NCBI GenBank assembly: GCA_964255285.1
Contig: CAXUUL010000016.1
Location: 1 to 64,000 of the forward strand
DNA from: Ionaspis alba
Lineage: Eukaryota
Reading direction: 5' to 3'
Length of the DNA: 64,000 nt
How positions within the stretch are numbered: the stretch's first letter is position 1; each line of letters starts with the position of its first letter. The position numbers and the translations under genes were made by a program. The notes below the pieces were generated by a model. It saw only the letters and a program-made list of their open reading frames with translations. It was not told the DNA's origin and made no database searches. Shown one piece after another: positions 13,716 to 27,400 of this stretch.

Positions 13716-16700
13716 ATGCCCTCTTTTACTCCTTCATATTCTCTTCTTCTCTGTGTTGGTGTTCTATTGATCCTTCAAGCGGCTCCCGTGTCTGCGTTTG
13801 GAGCTGGCAATATCGGTAAGCTTCGCAGGTATCTACATGTAGCAACTTGCTAAGGCCGTTTTCAGCATCCCTTTCCGCAATCGAAGGTCAAAATTGGCGC
13901 CATGGCGATATCGAAGATACCCTACTCAATATTCTCATGTCCAGAGCCGCAGGCGGCAAGAAATTCTCCAAGCTTGATGTCAAACGCGTCTATTTTGGGA
14001 ATTGGCTCCGAGATTACAGTCAGGCAGTCGATGTTGGCACGGTCAAATACGTCAGTGCGGAAGCAATCCGATTGATCCTTTGGGTCCTTGGCTTCATGGT
14101 ACGTTTGGTCCACCGTCATCTGGCGCGCCCCTCCCCAGCACTAACATGTAATGCCAGAGCTTCGGTTATGGATCGAAAGAGTTCGAAGTCACCTTTGATC
14201 GATTGGGCTGCTACCGACCAGAAGAGCACATTGATGTACGTACCGCAATATACTCTTCCGGTCGATATACAACCCTTCCAGAAATGCTATTACTCGGGTC
14301 TATGAATAACCTTCTAACCTTACCCCCAGAACCCTAAAGACTACGCGGACAATATTGATGCCAGGCAATATGATCGAAGACTGCGTGGACCTGTCGATGA
14401 GCGTCGAGAGCTAGCGATCAATCCGCAGACTGGTTTGTACCATTGCAGCCTTGCTGAGTAAGAGACTGACAAGCTTTGCAGGATTAAAAAACTACATTGC
14501 TACCGAGAACATGGGTATCGCAACTAGCGCGGGCCTTGTTCGTAACTTGTTTGGTCGAAGCATTCAGCTCGGAAGACAATATGCGCGCTCCCGGAACAAA
14601 GCTGATTTATACGAGGCTCTGCGTCTGTTGGGCACAGGATGTCACTGCTTGGAGGATTACCCGGCACATTCCAATTACACAGAATTGGCTTTGATCGAAC
14701 TAGGAGAGCGAGGAGTTTTCCCGCATGTGGGTCGCCAGACTCAGGTCCAGCTACCGGGCACTCGACAGCCAGTCTACCCCATCATTACTGGCACCTTTGG
14801 CGGCACCGACTTTTTGCACTCTGTCATGGCATGTTTGTTGTTCGTAACGTGCTCAGCTATTTTCTGCTAATGCTTTGGTCAGGGCGAATTCTCTGACAAA
14901 GCCACGCAATCTGAGCTTCAAGAGCTTCAAGGAACCATCCAATCATCTCAAAACAGTGGACAGGGGAACATCAGCATCGTACAAGACCTTTTGAACAACA
15001 TTCCAAGCGGGATATTCGGAGATCAAGATCAGGCAGGGAAAGCTGAGGAGCTGCAGATGAATGCACAAGCGGCTCAGCTGCAGAACACGCACATCACACC
15101 TAGACAGCCAGAGGCATGGACAAGGCAATTGCAGGAGGTTTCTAAACAGATTGCTCCTATCATCGAATGGCATGATGAAATCATGCAATCGATAACCGAA
15201 ACGATCGAAAAAATCCCCATACTTCCTGACTTGATAGAGCAGCTTACCGGTACGTAGTCCTCCCAGCTAAAATCTATAATACTGACCATGTTTAAGACCA
15301 GATCAATATCTTCGTCTTCTCGTTGATGGCTCCATTTATCTTGCCAATCATCAATCAAGTCAAGACGGAGCTCGCCACCGGGTCTTCTGAGATCATCCAA
15401 AGTAGTCGAGAAAAACAGCATATCGTGTTCAGCGACGACCGCTGCTCTGATCCTACCCATTCGATGCTTTCCAAGGATCACTTCTCCAACATCTTGAATG
15501 AACCTGCTGGCAAGGTCGCTTCGCAAGTGCTCAAATGGGTTGTCCCTCAGTTGATAGCTGCTTGGGACGACGAAAGAATCGACATCGATCGTACTTTGAC
15601 GCGAATCGTCAATGGAGTCTTCCATCACCCGGCCTTACGTGATCGCGGGGACGACGGGGCCGCTGATGGCCGACGTGGCATGTTCCAAGTTGTTCAGCAA
15701 TGGTGGAGCCAAAAGGACCAACGAGAGCAAGCTATGATGCGCGATCAACTGAGCCGCAATGGTGTAGAGCAAGGTCAAAACCACAAGGAAGGCGTCCACG
15801 ATGGCGGACACGGATGTGGAAAGCCTTTGGGGATGCCTGGCGCCAAGACTGCTTCGAGCTCGGGTGCCGTAGGGGGCCTCCCTGTAGGGAACATTCTTGG
15901 TCAGATCAACTCCGCCATTTCTGGACAGTCAGAATTCGATACTGGGGCGGGCCGCCCGGGTATGGGAGGCTCATCGAACAGTTTCAGCAAATTCACTGAA
16001 GAAGCCGTTGGTGGAGGAGCCCTTGGTGGTATTGTTGGGGGACTGGTTGGTGGCATTGGCGGAGATCTTCTTGGTAACACTCTTGGTGGTTCTGGAGCTA
16101 AGAAGCAGAGCTATCAGTCCCAACAGTACGGAGAAGATGGCTCGCACACGCAAAGTTATACGCAGACGGGATACAGCCAGCATCAAGGTGGTCAGCAGCG
16201 TTACGGACAGGCTCAATTTAGCCAGACGGATTACCCTGGAGGAGGCCGCCGTGAAGAATTCCAGCGATATGGCCAGGAAGGTAGTTTTGGCGGCGGGGGT
16301 GGTGGCGGTTACGGCGAGCAAGTAATCCAAGAAACCAGACCCACATACGGCGGTGGTTATGAAAAAACCACCGAAACCCGTTACGGGCAAACTGGTGGTG
16401 AGTGGGAATCCAGCACTCGTCAAGAAGGCATAAACAAGCATAACAAAGGATACGGGAGCCACGAGGATGACTCGGATTCGGACTCCAGCCGCAAGAAATC
16501 CAAGCACAAGAAGAAGCACAACAAGCATGGGTCCGGGACCGATTCCGATGATGACAAGAAGTACAAATCGAGTTCCTACGGCCAGGAGCAATCATACGGA
16601 GGGGGCCGCACGAACTACGGCGAAGAACGTCGAGGCACTGGCGAGTATGGAGGTCAGTCTGGCTACGGGGCACAACGTCAGGAATATGGTGAAACGTATG

Positions 16701-17074
16701 GCGGACGCCAAGAATATGGTTCCGGACGCCAAGAATCCAAGGAGGAGTACGGCGCAAGTTCTGGCTATGGTAGACAACGACGTGGATCTGGTGAGGGCTA
16801 TGGCGGCACCGGGTATCAAGCACAGTATCGCTCCGAAGAACCAAGCATGCCAGGCGGATTTGGAGATGAATCGTATGGACAGGAACGCTCATCTTATGGT
16901 GGAGGTGGGGGAAGCTTTGGGTCCCGGGAGGAGTATGGTGGTGGTAACGACGGCGGTGGAGGGTTTGGAGGATATGGTGAGGAAAGGTCGGAAGAGGATA
17001 ATTATGGAGGTGGAAGGAGCTATGGGGATGACGACGAAAATAGGGAGCGGAGGGGCTATGGGGACGACTATTGA
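13716..17074 (+). CDS. Het-C domain protein (HET-C/HCH/TinC-like) with signal peptide and Gly-rich C-terminus, about 6 introns
   Basis: ATG 13716 MPSFTPSYSLLLCVGVLLILQAAPVSA-FGAGNI; WRHGDIED, RVYFGNWLRDYSQAVD, HCLEDYPAHSNY, DPTHSMLSKDHF, VFHHPA; long G/Y/E/S/Q-rich tail. Confidence 0.93.
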
Positions 17075-17368
17075 TGGCATTACCTAGTTGCAGATATCCT
17101 AAAAAGCAGCTTTGTAGATGCAATGGGCTCTTCAGCGGTATCATAGACTTTGGGACTGAGATACTCCTTTTGGGAGAAAGTAACAGGACGAATGCAACAT
17201 ATGTCCAACATGACAAAGCACTATATCGGTTCAGATGTTTTGTGGAGATGCTTTTTGAGTTCCTATATACAATATCCCTATCTCAGGGGGGCATCATCTT
17301 ACACATCTGATGGTCACCGACATTAAAGGTAACCCTCTTCTTTCCGCTTCCTTAGCATTCGGGAGGCT

Positions 17369-20300
17369 CTAGAACGAGAGCATCCAGTCGGCACTCCAAG
17401 CACCCGAGGATGTCAGCTTCTCCAAGCCAGTGATGGTCAGAAGCTTGCTCTTGGAATTGTAGCTGACGCCACTGCTGATGCTCATGCCGTTCAACGAGAC
17501 CTTGGAGACCGCATGATCAACACCCATGATGGTGATGTTGGAGAGCGGGTTCGAGTCTTGGAAGGTGCCGCGTGCAGAGGCGTAAAGAGCATTGCGCGAG
17601 GCGGCGAACTAGTGACAGAATGTCAGTCAATACTTCTTGTCATAGTTATACAGCACATAACGACGACGAGGAAGAGAGGTGAACAGGAAGCGAGTGGTAA
17701 GTAATAATGACTGACCTCAACGTAGAGAGTTGACTTGGGTACTAAACTCTCTCCATCATCCACGTACAAGCTTCCACTTGCAGTGTTCTCCAGACCCAAA
17801 GCGACAAGCATGCTCCAGGGCTTCTTTCTTGCATCACGGGTCGTCATAGCCATGGGCTGAGTAGCCAGGACATGACCACCACGGATGTACACGGGGATGT
17901 GGCCGAGAGGAGCGTCGATCGTCTTGTTCTGGCCAGCCTGGACCTCAACCGGGGCTTGCGTGTACCAGTCGTAGTAGACCTCGCCCATACTAACGCCAGG
18001 GAAGACACCGTCGACAGATTTGGCACCTTGGTCAAGGACGGGTGTGACGAGAATGGCAGACCCGAGGAAGAATTGACGGTCGGCGTTGGCGAGGGATGGG
18101 TCATTGGGGAACTCCCATGCAAGAGCACGCATGACCGTGCTTCCGGTGGTGTGGGCAAGGTGGAAGAGGGTGTACATGTACGGGAGGAGCTGAAATCGGA
18201 TGTTCATGGCCGCCTTGGTAGCATCGGCCACACTCGCCCAGACATAAGCTTCCTGCGAAGCCGATTGGATGACGTTGTGATTCCTGTAGAAGGGGAAGAA
18301 CGCCGAAAGCTGCATCCATCGGTTGCAGAGTTCCTCGTCCGAGTTTCCGGCGAATCCGCAGGTATCGACTCCAAACATGGGGAATCCGAACAGAGCAAAT
18401 TGTAAAGCCTGAGGAATAGAGAAGATCATGTCATGCCTAGTTGTTATCGTTGTCAGCGTTGATAGCCTCCATACTTGCAAAAGCGTCAGTTGATGCTTAC
18501 CATTTGCTAACGTTGTCCCCTCCCCAGTGACCGGCAAACATGCCAGAACCGACATTGGTAGAACGTCCAATAATGAACGGCCGCTTTCCTGGGAACACGT
18601 TGAGGAGCGCGTTATAAGTGGCAATCAAGATCTGGTGGCCGAAAACACTATGCCAGTCATACTCCTCGGTGCCATCTTCATGAGTAGCATTTGGAGAGAC
18701 GGCGTGGACGGCCAATTCACCCTGAAGGTTGTTGATGACATAAGGAGGGTAGTTGACGTTTCGAACACCTGGAGTGGGTGTAGTTCTCAAGAAGGTTGGA
18801 CTGGTAGTAGGTGTAGGACCAGCCTTCGCAGCGTTCGCCGAAGATTGACTCGCAGACGCCGCTGCGGCGCTCGAGGCTTCAGTCGCGTTGGTGAGGTTGA
18901 AGCCTTCCGGATAATTGTAATCAACATTTCCAGGTTCGCCGGGCAAGCTGAAGGGCGGGTGAACAGCTGGGAACGATTAGTCCATTTTCGCTCAAAATGA
19001 TTGAAGATTCTTACGATTCATGGTGACGTTCCTGCTACCGCAAGAACCAATACAGAAAGAGGAGGCCTCGGACATATCGATCCAGATGCCATCAAAAGCC
19101 AACTTTTTGTGCCATATAAGCATCTCATTAGTCCACCATTGGCCTGCTCCGGCGCTCAGCCAGTCTGGGAAGACAGTGTAGCCAGGCCAGACATCGCCAA
19201 TGTACTGGGAGCCATCGGGATTCATCAGGAACGAGTGGGTTGCATTTCCTCTGTTGTACGTTTCGTACCTGAAGGTTTATGTAAGCAAGCGCTTGGGACG
19301 GGACAGCTTAGCTCAGGGGCCATTGCAAGAATGGAAAACTTACGCATCGCTGGCATTGTTGGGGTTGGGGATGTATATTGCAGAGTCGACGATAGGGATG
19401 TAGTGTTGACCATTCGCATGCAGTTTTGACAAGAACTTCTCGCCCTCCGGATAGCCAAATCTGATAGCATCATTATCGAAATCACGGTACTGGTTCATGT
19501 AGTCGATATCGGTCCTGGTGGTTGTCAGAAACATTGCAGTAGTTTTGTGGAATAAGTCTATTTACCAAATGCATTCCAGTGGAATATCGAGCCTGGCATA
19601 ATTATCCACGACTTCCTGGAGCTGAGTCCAATTCTGATAGCCCCACCGACACTGGTGAAAGCCGAAAGTGAAATATTGTTGCATGGCGGGATAACCCGCA
19701 GCGCTCTGCAAGAAGGAAGAGGTAATCTTTGGCTGAGTCGGACCAGAGTAGAAGTACAAATCAATACCGCCACCGAGTAGACGCCAGGTAATGTTGCTTG
19801 GACGCAGCAAAATCTCCTGTGGATGGGTATTTCGATTGTAGACTCCATGAGAGTACGAGACGTACTGGGATTTCGGATCAATCTGGTTGCTTGTTACGAG
19901 GGTCAGGTTGCCGCTGCTTTGGTCCTTCTGGTAGTATCGTGTCTCCATGTAGAAGGGCTGACTCCCATAAAGATTGCCGTCCTGGACGTCACCAGAGTCG
20001 GATGGGAATATAGTCTAGAGGGTTCGTAAGCCACGCTCGTACTAGGAGGTGAAATATGATTCACCTGAGTGTAATTGTTTCCCATCCTCAACGCACGGAA
20101 TGTTTCTCCAAGTCCGTAGATGTTGTAGTTAGGCGGGAGGGTGCTGACAAACTCGACGAATTGGTTCTCGAAAACAATCTTGGTACCCATGGTCGAAAAG
20201 ACGACATCGCCTGTCGACAGCCGCACGATGGTGAAAGAGAAGGTGGGCTCATTACTCCAGAAAAATGCTAAGTCATTGGTCAAACTCGAGGATTTTGCGT

Positions 20301-20982
20301 CGTGATCGACCCCTGGCTTTTTGATGATACTGTCGGGAATAATGTACTGCTTCGAGGTCTTGGCATCAAGATGGGCAGGTAGAATGTTGACAGACAGACG
20401 GTCTGAGGATTGATACTCGACCGTCAACTTCAATTGCTCCACATCGGTGCCATACACGTTGCAGGCGGGGCCGGCCAGCTTCAAAGTGGCTGTCAAACCA
20501 TTCGAGGTCCGCCTAACATTGGAACCTTTGTAGCCGGGACAAACGGTCTGGGCATTCACGGCTTGGGGATCTTTGATATTTGGCAGCAGGACCGCCCCCA
20601 CATCAGCAGCGGCAGGTACAGTGAAGATGGGTCGGAATGTGGAGGTCTGAGTTCCACTGCGCGCTACTGTCGCAGTACCGGCCGTGGGTAGGGTGGTTTT
20701 GGCCTGGGTGCCAATGGCATCAGTCGTGAGGCTCTGAGCATAGGCAAGCTTGCTGAGCAGGATGGTGAAGTAGAAGAAGGCATTGAACAATGCCAGAGGG
20801 GATGTGAAGACCATGGCGTCTCCGCGGGCAGGACGAAGCCTGACAACACCCGTCGCAACGGAAAGGACGAAGATGAGATAGATGACGCCAAGCAAGGCGG
20901 CGATGTGAAAGGTCTGGATGGCGATGAAGACGGACGAGGACCAGAGGAAGACGTGCTCGAGGGCGACAATGGAGGCGTCCAT
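17369..20982 (-). CDS. GH31 alpha-glucosidase, multi-exon; start 20982 or 20814
   Basis: CPGY N-terminus, GFHQCRWGY, WPGYTVFPDW, nucleophile motif WIDMSE, acid/base GHWGGDN, GVDTCGF, WMQLSAFFPFYRNHN. Last exon ends at TAG 17371-17369. Confidence 0.95.
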
Positions 20983-23372
20983 GGCATGGCCTATATAGCC
21001 TTCCTCATTGAGGGGGCGGTCCTATTCTCCCTGGTGTGATTGTTGACCGCGTCGACTAGTCTTTGCAGCTAAGCTTGGGCTAGCTGGAGAGATGATGCAC
21101 ATCGCCCCCGCCATGGCAATGTTTGTGGAGCCACAGTGAGGAAGACGATGCAAGGGGGAGGGGACAACCCTCAGGCCTGTTCGTGGAAGGAGCTTTGCCA
21201 TTGGGTGGGAATGCAGCTTGTATGGAAGGCCCCAAGAACGATAGAAGCGGCATCTGCACGACGATGCTCCAGGTCAACCCTGCCATCAGATTATCTTTCG
21301 TTCGCACCTCCGGTTCCAATGAGGTTACCCAGCTACCAGCCCATGGTGTAGGGACTGTCGAGACGGCATTGAAAAGCAGTGCAGGGGAGATGACGAGGTG
21401 GGCTGCTGTAGCTAGCAGGCAGTGGTTCGGAATAGGGAGCGCGCAGCTTGGACGGAACGGCGTTATTAGCTTTGCGGGGTAAATGTTGGACGAAAAGGAT
21501 GGATCCAACGGCGGGCTGCATGAAGGGGGGCGGAGGTAAAAGCTTCGGTCCGAACTGCAGCCAATTCCTCATGTACCGTATGTGATCAATCATCTCTCTT
21601 TGCTGACTTCGAATCGAAATACTCCTCAGATCGAGGTGCACTGCATCGGCTCGAAAAGCACGATGCAGTAGATGCTCAGCTACACGTCCTCGCAGGGCTT
21701 CGTCTGTTGTTTTTGCAATCGAGAAAGTCTCATATCCGTGGAGAACGAATTTGCGGCAACACTTGTCGGTACATGAGGTGATGTATGCAGTTCTCCCGCG
21801 GCCCCGTTGGCGGGCACCACGACTATGCGAGATGACATCTGAGGCTCGCGGGCAATTAGTAGACGGAATGACTAGTGGGGCTTCTCAATCGCTCAAGAGC
21901 TGAGGTACTGGCATGCAGCATCTCAATTTCGGCCAGCTTCAAGGAAATTTCTGCTTCCAGTCGGTCCGAATGATTGAACGGAAGGGTCAATTGGTATTGG
22001 TAGTACATGGCAGGTCCGAGTGCAGGAGAAAGCCTTCCGGTAGGAAGCTTTTTCATTTTCATGACCACTAATATAGACTAATCTTGTTGTTTGTTTGTGG
22101 TGCTCTGGGACATTGTTGGGCGGGAATGGCAAGCAAATTGGCGCGTCCGTTTCACTCAAAACCCGGTATGTACAGTTGTGCGAGAACATGATCAGCTGCT
22201 TTTCCGTTTCACGAGCGCCCAGTAAAATGAATCGGAAATAGTTTAGTCTGGAGGGGATGAAAAGACCTTCCTCGTAGTTAATGAGCATTCTTAGGGACAC
22301 CGTGAGTTTTGCATTGAGCCCATTTATTGTTGACAGAGTATCATTGATGAAGTGATCTTGTACTACGGTCGTCTAGACTGCATATTCCACCATAGGCACA
22401 GTTTGCCCAGGTTGACTAATCACAGGATACTGTTGACCTCTCCAGAAAGGTGTTTCCTTTGGTCTAACAATGGCCTATTGTAGGCTTGTCTTCAGGAGTA
22501 CTCCAGCAAAAGACATACCTAGCACGCTGCATACCGTTAATATCACCCTTTCTTTGCCACGAAGCTGTAAACGTTCATAGATGCCCCTCATCACCAGCCT
22601 CTCCTTTCCATTTTCTGGTAGGTCGTCGTCGAAGGAATTGGTCTTGGTACAAACATCATCGTTGGATCCAATTCAGGAGGTAGCCTCTACGGCGAAACAT
22701 GGAAACGCTTGCTATTCCCTATTGTTGGCTGGCATAGCTGAGTGGAGGAGAACGAGAACGGAGGACAACTGATACCATATCAGGTAGATTGCATCGAAGA
22801 CCTAACCACGTCCGAGAGTAAACAGACACATGAGTGAGTCTGACGTCGTTGTCTCACATAGCGCCGAGTCTAGAACACAGAATTGGCTGATTATAGATCT
22901 TGCCACCACGTGTCGGATTCGACAGCCACAGTTGCCACAGCATCAAGGTCCCATGTGTGCAAGATTGAATTGCTCTCTGTTCTGCTATCTCCACTTACCA
23001 TTGACGTGGTACCGAAGATCTCAGCTGTTGTCCGTAGAATGGAGATTATAGTACCGTTCCTCGATCGAGGATGAAGGAATGAGATGATATCGAAGCAGCA
23101 GATTGGACTTGTTTCGGTGACAGGAATGCTGCCAAGATGGGCATTAACTGCCTCTCACTCACACGCCGGGGGATTTACTTTCCATCAGTGGGGCAATGAC
23201 GACTGCTTCTTATCGTCAGGTACATATATCAAGCCAGACTGATTCCTTGATCGTTGGAATCCTTTAATCTCGATTTCACGCTTAAGATCGTCGATCATCC
23301 TTGATCCACCTGAGCTGCATACCCTTCCTCCCGACAGAAACGATTCTGGTAATCTCAATTCTTGCTTCTAGG

Positions 23373-24192
23373 ATGGCCTCAATGGTTGGCATTGCAGTGG
23401 TAGCACTCCTTCTCACAGGGACGAATGGGAGTCCTCTTAATATCGCAAACGGATGCATGAACGACGACGTCTTCAGAGCACTGGAGAGTAACCGAGCAGA
23501 TGCCTTGCCATTTTGCAGATTGTATAGTGGAGAAATCACGACAACCACCCAGCATGCCGTATGTGCTGGTTCACGGCATTTGATGGACCGTACCGAGACA
23601 CTGATCGAACTCGCAGACGACCACAATCATCCAAGGGGCAACCACTGTGACAACGACAGTGAGTGTTGTACCAACCATGTAGGCTTGCTGGTACCCTTCT
23701 TGTGGACGATGCTGACGTTGATGTAGCATGTTCACCGTTATGAAAGACTTTTATGTGACAGCGACCACGACGGATACTTGCTCTGCAGAAGGCTCTTCGA
23801 CCGACGATAGCGCAGCAGCAACGCCACCTCCCCGGGCCCAAGGAGGGTTCCCACCCGAAGGGAGCCAAGGAATGCCTACAGTGCAGGGCCGTAGAAAAAT
23901 ACGCTCACCAGGCATAGTTGCGTTGCCCGCTGCAAGACTCTCCAGTGCATGCCGATGCCTCAGGGCTGCCATGGTGACGACTGAGACGGACACATCAACC
24001 ACCACAACGGCCGTACCTGTGAGAGACCCGGATGCCTTCAATTCTTCGATACTAACGAAAGAACAGACCGTAACCGAAAGCTTCACCACAATTGCAGATG
24101 ACCCGGTCTTGGTCTATGCAACCATACTGGCAACACAAACAATGATGGTAACTTCTTGCCTGGCAACAAGCTCAGCTGTATCAACCATGTAA
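23373..24192 (+). CDS. Small secreted Cys/Thr-rich protein (cell-wall or effector-like), 2-3 introns
   Basis: Signal-like MASMVGIAVVALLLTGTNG-SP, then GCMNDDVFRALE...FCRLY, Thr-rich linkers and RLSSACRCL. Introns inferred at ~23559-23616, ~23679-23726 and possibly 24019-24066. Confidence 0.65.
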
Positions 24193-24476
24193 TTATGACA
24201 GAGCATGAGCGAAATTGAAAGGAATACTGTATAGTTGTCGAGGCTATTTCTTTTGACTGTATAAGGTCAAGACGGGTGCTGTGAAAGATTTTGATGACTT
24301 TTTGGACGGCGTTGGTGATGGGAAAACTGTGAACGATGGATTGGGGAATGTATGATGACAAATCCCACAAACTCGATAGTCACTCAAGAATTAGAATGAT
24401 GATACTCTCTCTGAAGATCTATGCATCAGTATTGTGTCGTTCGAAGCCACGAGGATTCCTAGACGTGACGACGAGC

Positions 24477-27400
24477 CTAAGAAGCAACGACAGCTCGCGT
24501 TGAGAACAGCCCTGCAACTTGCTCGAAAAGGTCCTTTATGGGCGGGAGTGTAAGAGGATTCGTGGAATCAAACATCTCGGTGAGCTGATGTTGATGAACG
24601 ACGGTCTCATGATCAATTGTCGACAGCTCCTTTCCCATCGTATCTATCTCTGTTGAATTGAAAAGCAGATTGTCTCCTTTGCCATAGATGTTCTCAAGCC
24701 CGGCAGAAGACACGGCGTGTTCCTCTACTTGTTTCATCTCATCTACCACAGTTTTTCCGGATGGCTTTATCATCCTGATTTCGGCAGCAGAGTCTATGGC
24801 CCAAAATCCTTTAAGGTGCGTTGCCGGTAATAGAGCTCTGAGGCGATGCGACGTCTGCGTGACGTATAGCGGTACAGATGAGGCAGGGTCGAAGACCAGT
24901 ATCTGAGATCCGACCTCCGTGAAGCCTGACTTGTAAATGGTTTTCGTTGGACTAGCGACTGCAAAAACACGATTCTTTTGATCTAGAGCAAGATGGGTCG
25001 TATCCAACTTGAATTGTTCTCGGAGATCGTAAGACTTCAGAGCAAAGACGAATTGTAGCTCTTCGTTCACTATGTCCCAGACGATCAGTTGGTCAGAGAG
25101 TAATATCAAGTATCTGTCAATAATACCGAGGCCAATGAGAGAGGTCGAGAACAGATCGGTATAGGTTGAAGTGATCTCGCCATCCGTGGTATCAATAAAG
25201 TGTACGATTGAGCTCAAGGTTGACTGGTATGCAACTGCAAGCAAAGACCCGTCGGCTGATAATGCGAGCCTCGATGTGGATAGCTCCGACCCAGCGACGT
25301 TGATCCTGTCCAATCCAGGCAGCGGCACAACCGACCGACAGCTCCAGCTTACTATGGCCTTACCATCCTTGCCTCGGACTTCCACACCATCCCGATACCT
25401 TGCTTTTGGATACCAGAGCCTCACGATCCCGTCCTCTCCGATTGTGGCAAATCCTGCCTTAGACCGGTCTTCCGCGAGATCTAAGACTCTCGAAACGGAC
25501 TGCAAGCCGCCAGAATTATCGGAGTGCGGTGCATCTATTCTGGCCAGAAGCTCCCAGACCTTCAATCCTACGTTCCACGACCAGAACTTGAGGTATGTTT
25601 CTAAACGACTCCTTTGCATCTTGCGTCTGTCATCCTTGTCGATTGAAATTGCCATGAGGTCGCTCTCTGGGGGCCACCATTCCTCCACTGTTGCTAACCA
25701 TTGTTCATCATGACTCGTACTCAACAATACCACATTCGGCTCCTCGATAATGTTCGCTTCGGGGCCCATGTTCAATTGGGTGATCTTGGTTCGAGTCAAA
25801 GCCTGGCGCGCAACCTGTACCCCAGATGACGCGTTGTAGGTTTGTAGATAAGCCGTACTGGAAGTCGTCGCCAATCTCGTCCGTGATGGGGTAGAGGAGG
25901 GGACCGCAAGTAGAAGGTTGTAAGGTTTCGCAGTATCGCCCACCATAGCTGGACGTCGATGGAGCCGCGGGAGACTCTCCCTGTCGCGGACACAAGGAAC
26001 TTCCGGGACCTTCGTTGCGGATGGCCTGGAGTGTGAGAGCTGTATACCAGGTACGCTGACTGTAGGTTGGAGCTCGGCAGTAGATAACACCATTGCTGAA
26101 TTATCCGCCAGACGAATAGCATAGGAGGAGCCGGACGGCGATACGACCACAGCTTCAATGGGAGCTGAAAGATGAGGAAGATCTTGTTTTCGGCCGGTAT
26201 CAACTTGCCACAGTGCTAGCACGGTTTCCATGCCTCCAGATATGATATAGTTGCCTTTGAAATCAGCTGAAATGTAAGACGGACCGAAATATCGAGTCAC
26301 ATACCGTCCCGCGACCATTTCACCGCACAAACGGCGTTCCTATGCCAGTGAAGTTTTCTTGCCCCGATATTCTTTGCGTTCTTGTGCCGCTCTTTTGAGA
26401 TGAGGTTATTCAATAAATCCTGGTACACAAAGATGACGCCTTGAAGACCGCCGACCACAACATCGACTTGCGGGTTTGTCATAGGAGTGGACTTCGAGCC
26501 TTTTCTCTGCATCTTTGTTTCAACCTCGACACGGATATCGAGGCAAGTTATCCACTCCGCACATCGTATTTCTCGCCACGTATAGGCTGTGTCTTTCATC
26601 TTCGGCGACGTTGTCTCATTCAGTCTGCCCAAAAGTAATAGTTGTCCTGAACTCGCGAGGATGACCTTACCGGCGCCAACCACCTGGAAGAAGGTGATGG
26701 GATCCGGGGATCGAAGAAGGGTCTTGACCTCACTTGGTCCGTCATCCGGAAGTCGATGAGCAGTAATCATCCATTGCCCTCCCCTGGAGTCAATCGTATA
26801 TAATGAGTCTACCTGATTCTCCTCTCCGGCTATGCTTGGTATGGCGAGAGCGTGGATCTTAGAACCAATATTCACCTTCTTCAATTTGGCACCGTTCACC
26901 CAATCCCACTTTTCAATGCTGCCATCATCTCTGGCGATGTACAAATGTGAAGTATTTGAACTAGATGTAGCAAAAGCCGTTATGAGACCGGTCGTTTTGT
27001 GATTTTTCAATGTGCGGACGAGGGTAGAGGTGGATGTAGCATACACGCGTATGGAGGATTCAAATGCAAGGAGAAGGTACCTGGGATGTTTTAGTCAAGG
27101 TTCTTGTCGGAAACCAAGGCAGAACTTGTGTGCGTACTGTTCATCTGCAGAAAATATTGGGTCAAGGTCAAGCATGCATCCTCCGACAGGAAGCGAGCTC
27201 TCCCATGAATCCTTTTCGTTTACAGAGTCAATCTCATGGTGTCTCTGCTTCTTGTTCGTCTTTGCCACAGCCACTTGCTTCTGATCCGAATGGTCTACTT
27301 TGAGATTTGAATTCTTTAGAACATCGCCAGACACTTTCTCTTCCTCCCCCGCGCCATCTTGAATAATACCCTTCGCATTTTGCCTATGGCCTTTGTGATG

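Noticed and set aside
15971..17216. Long antisense and alternative-frame ORFs (206-332 aa) over the het-C tail
   Set aside because: Shadows of a low-complexity Gly-rich coding strand; no independent motifs.
21700..22800. Protein-like minus-strand fragments (e.g. 21923-22300)
   Set aside because: Frequent stops, no motif, no transposon hallmarks seen.
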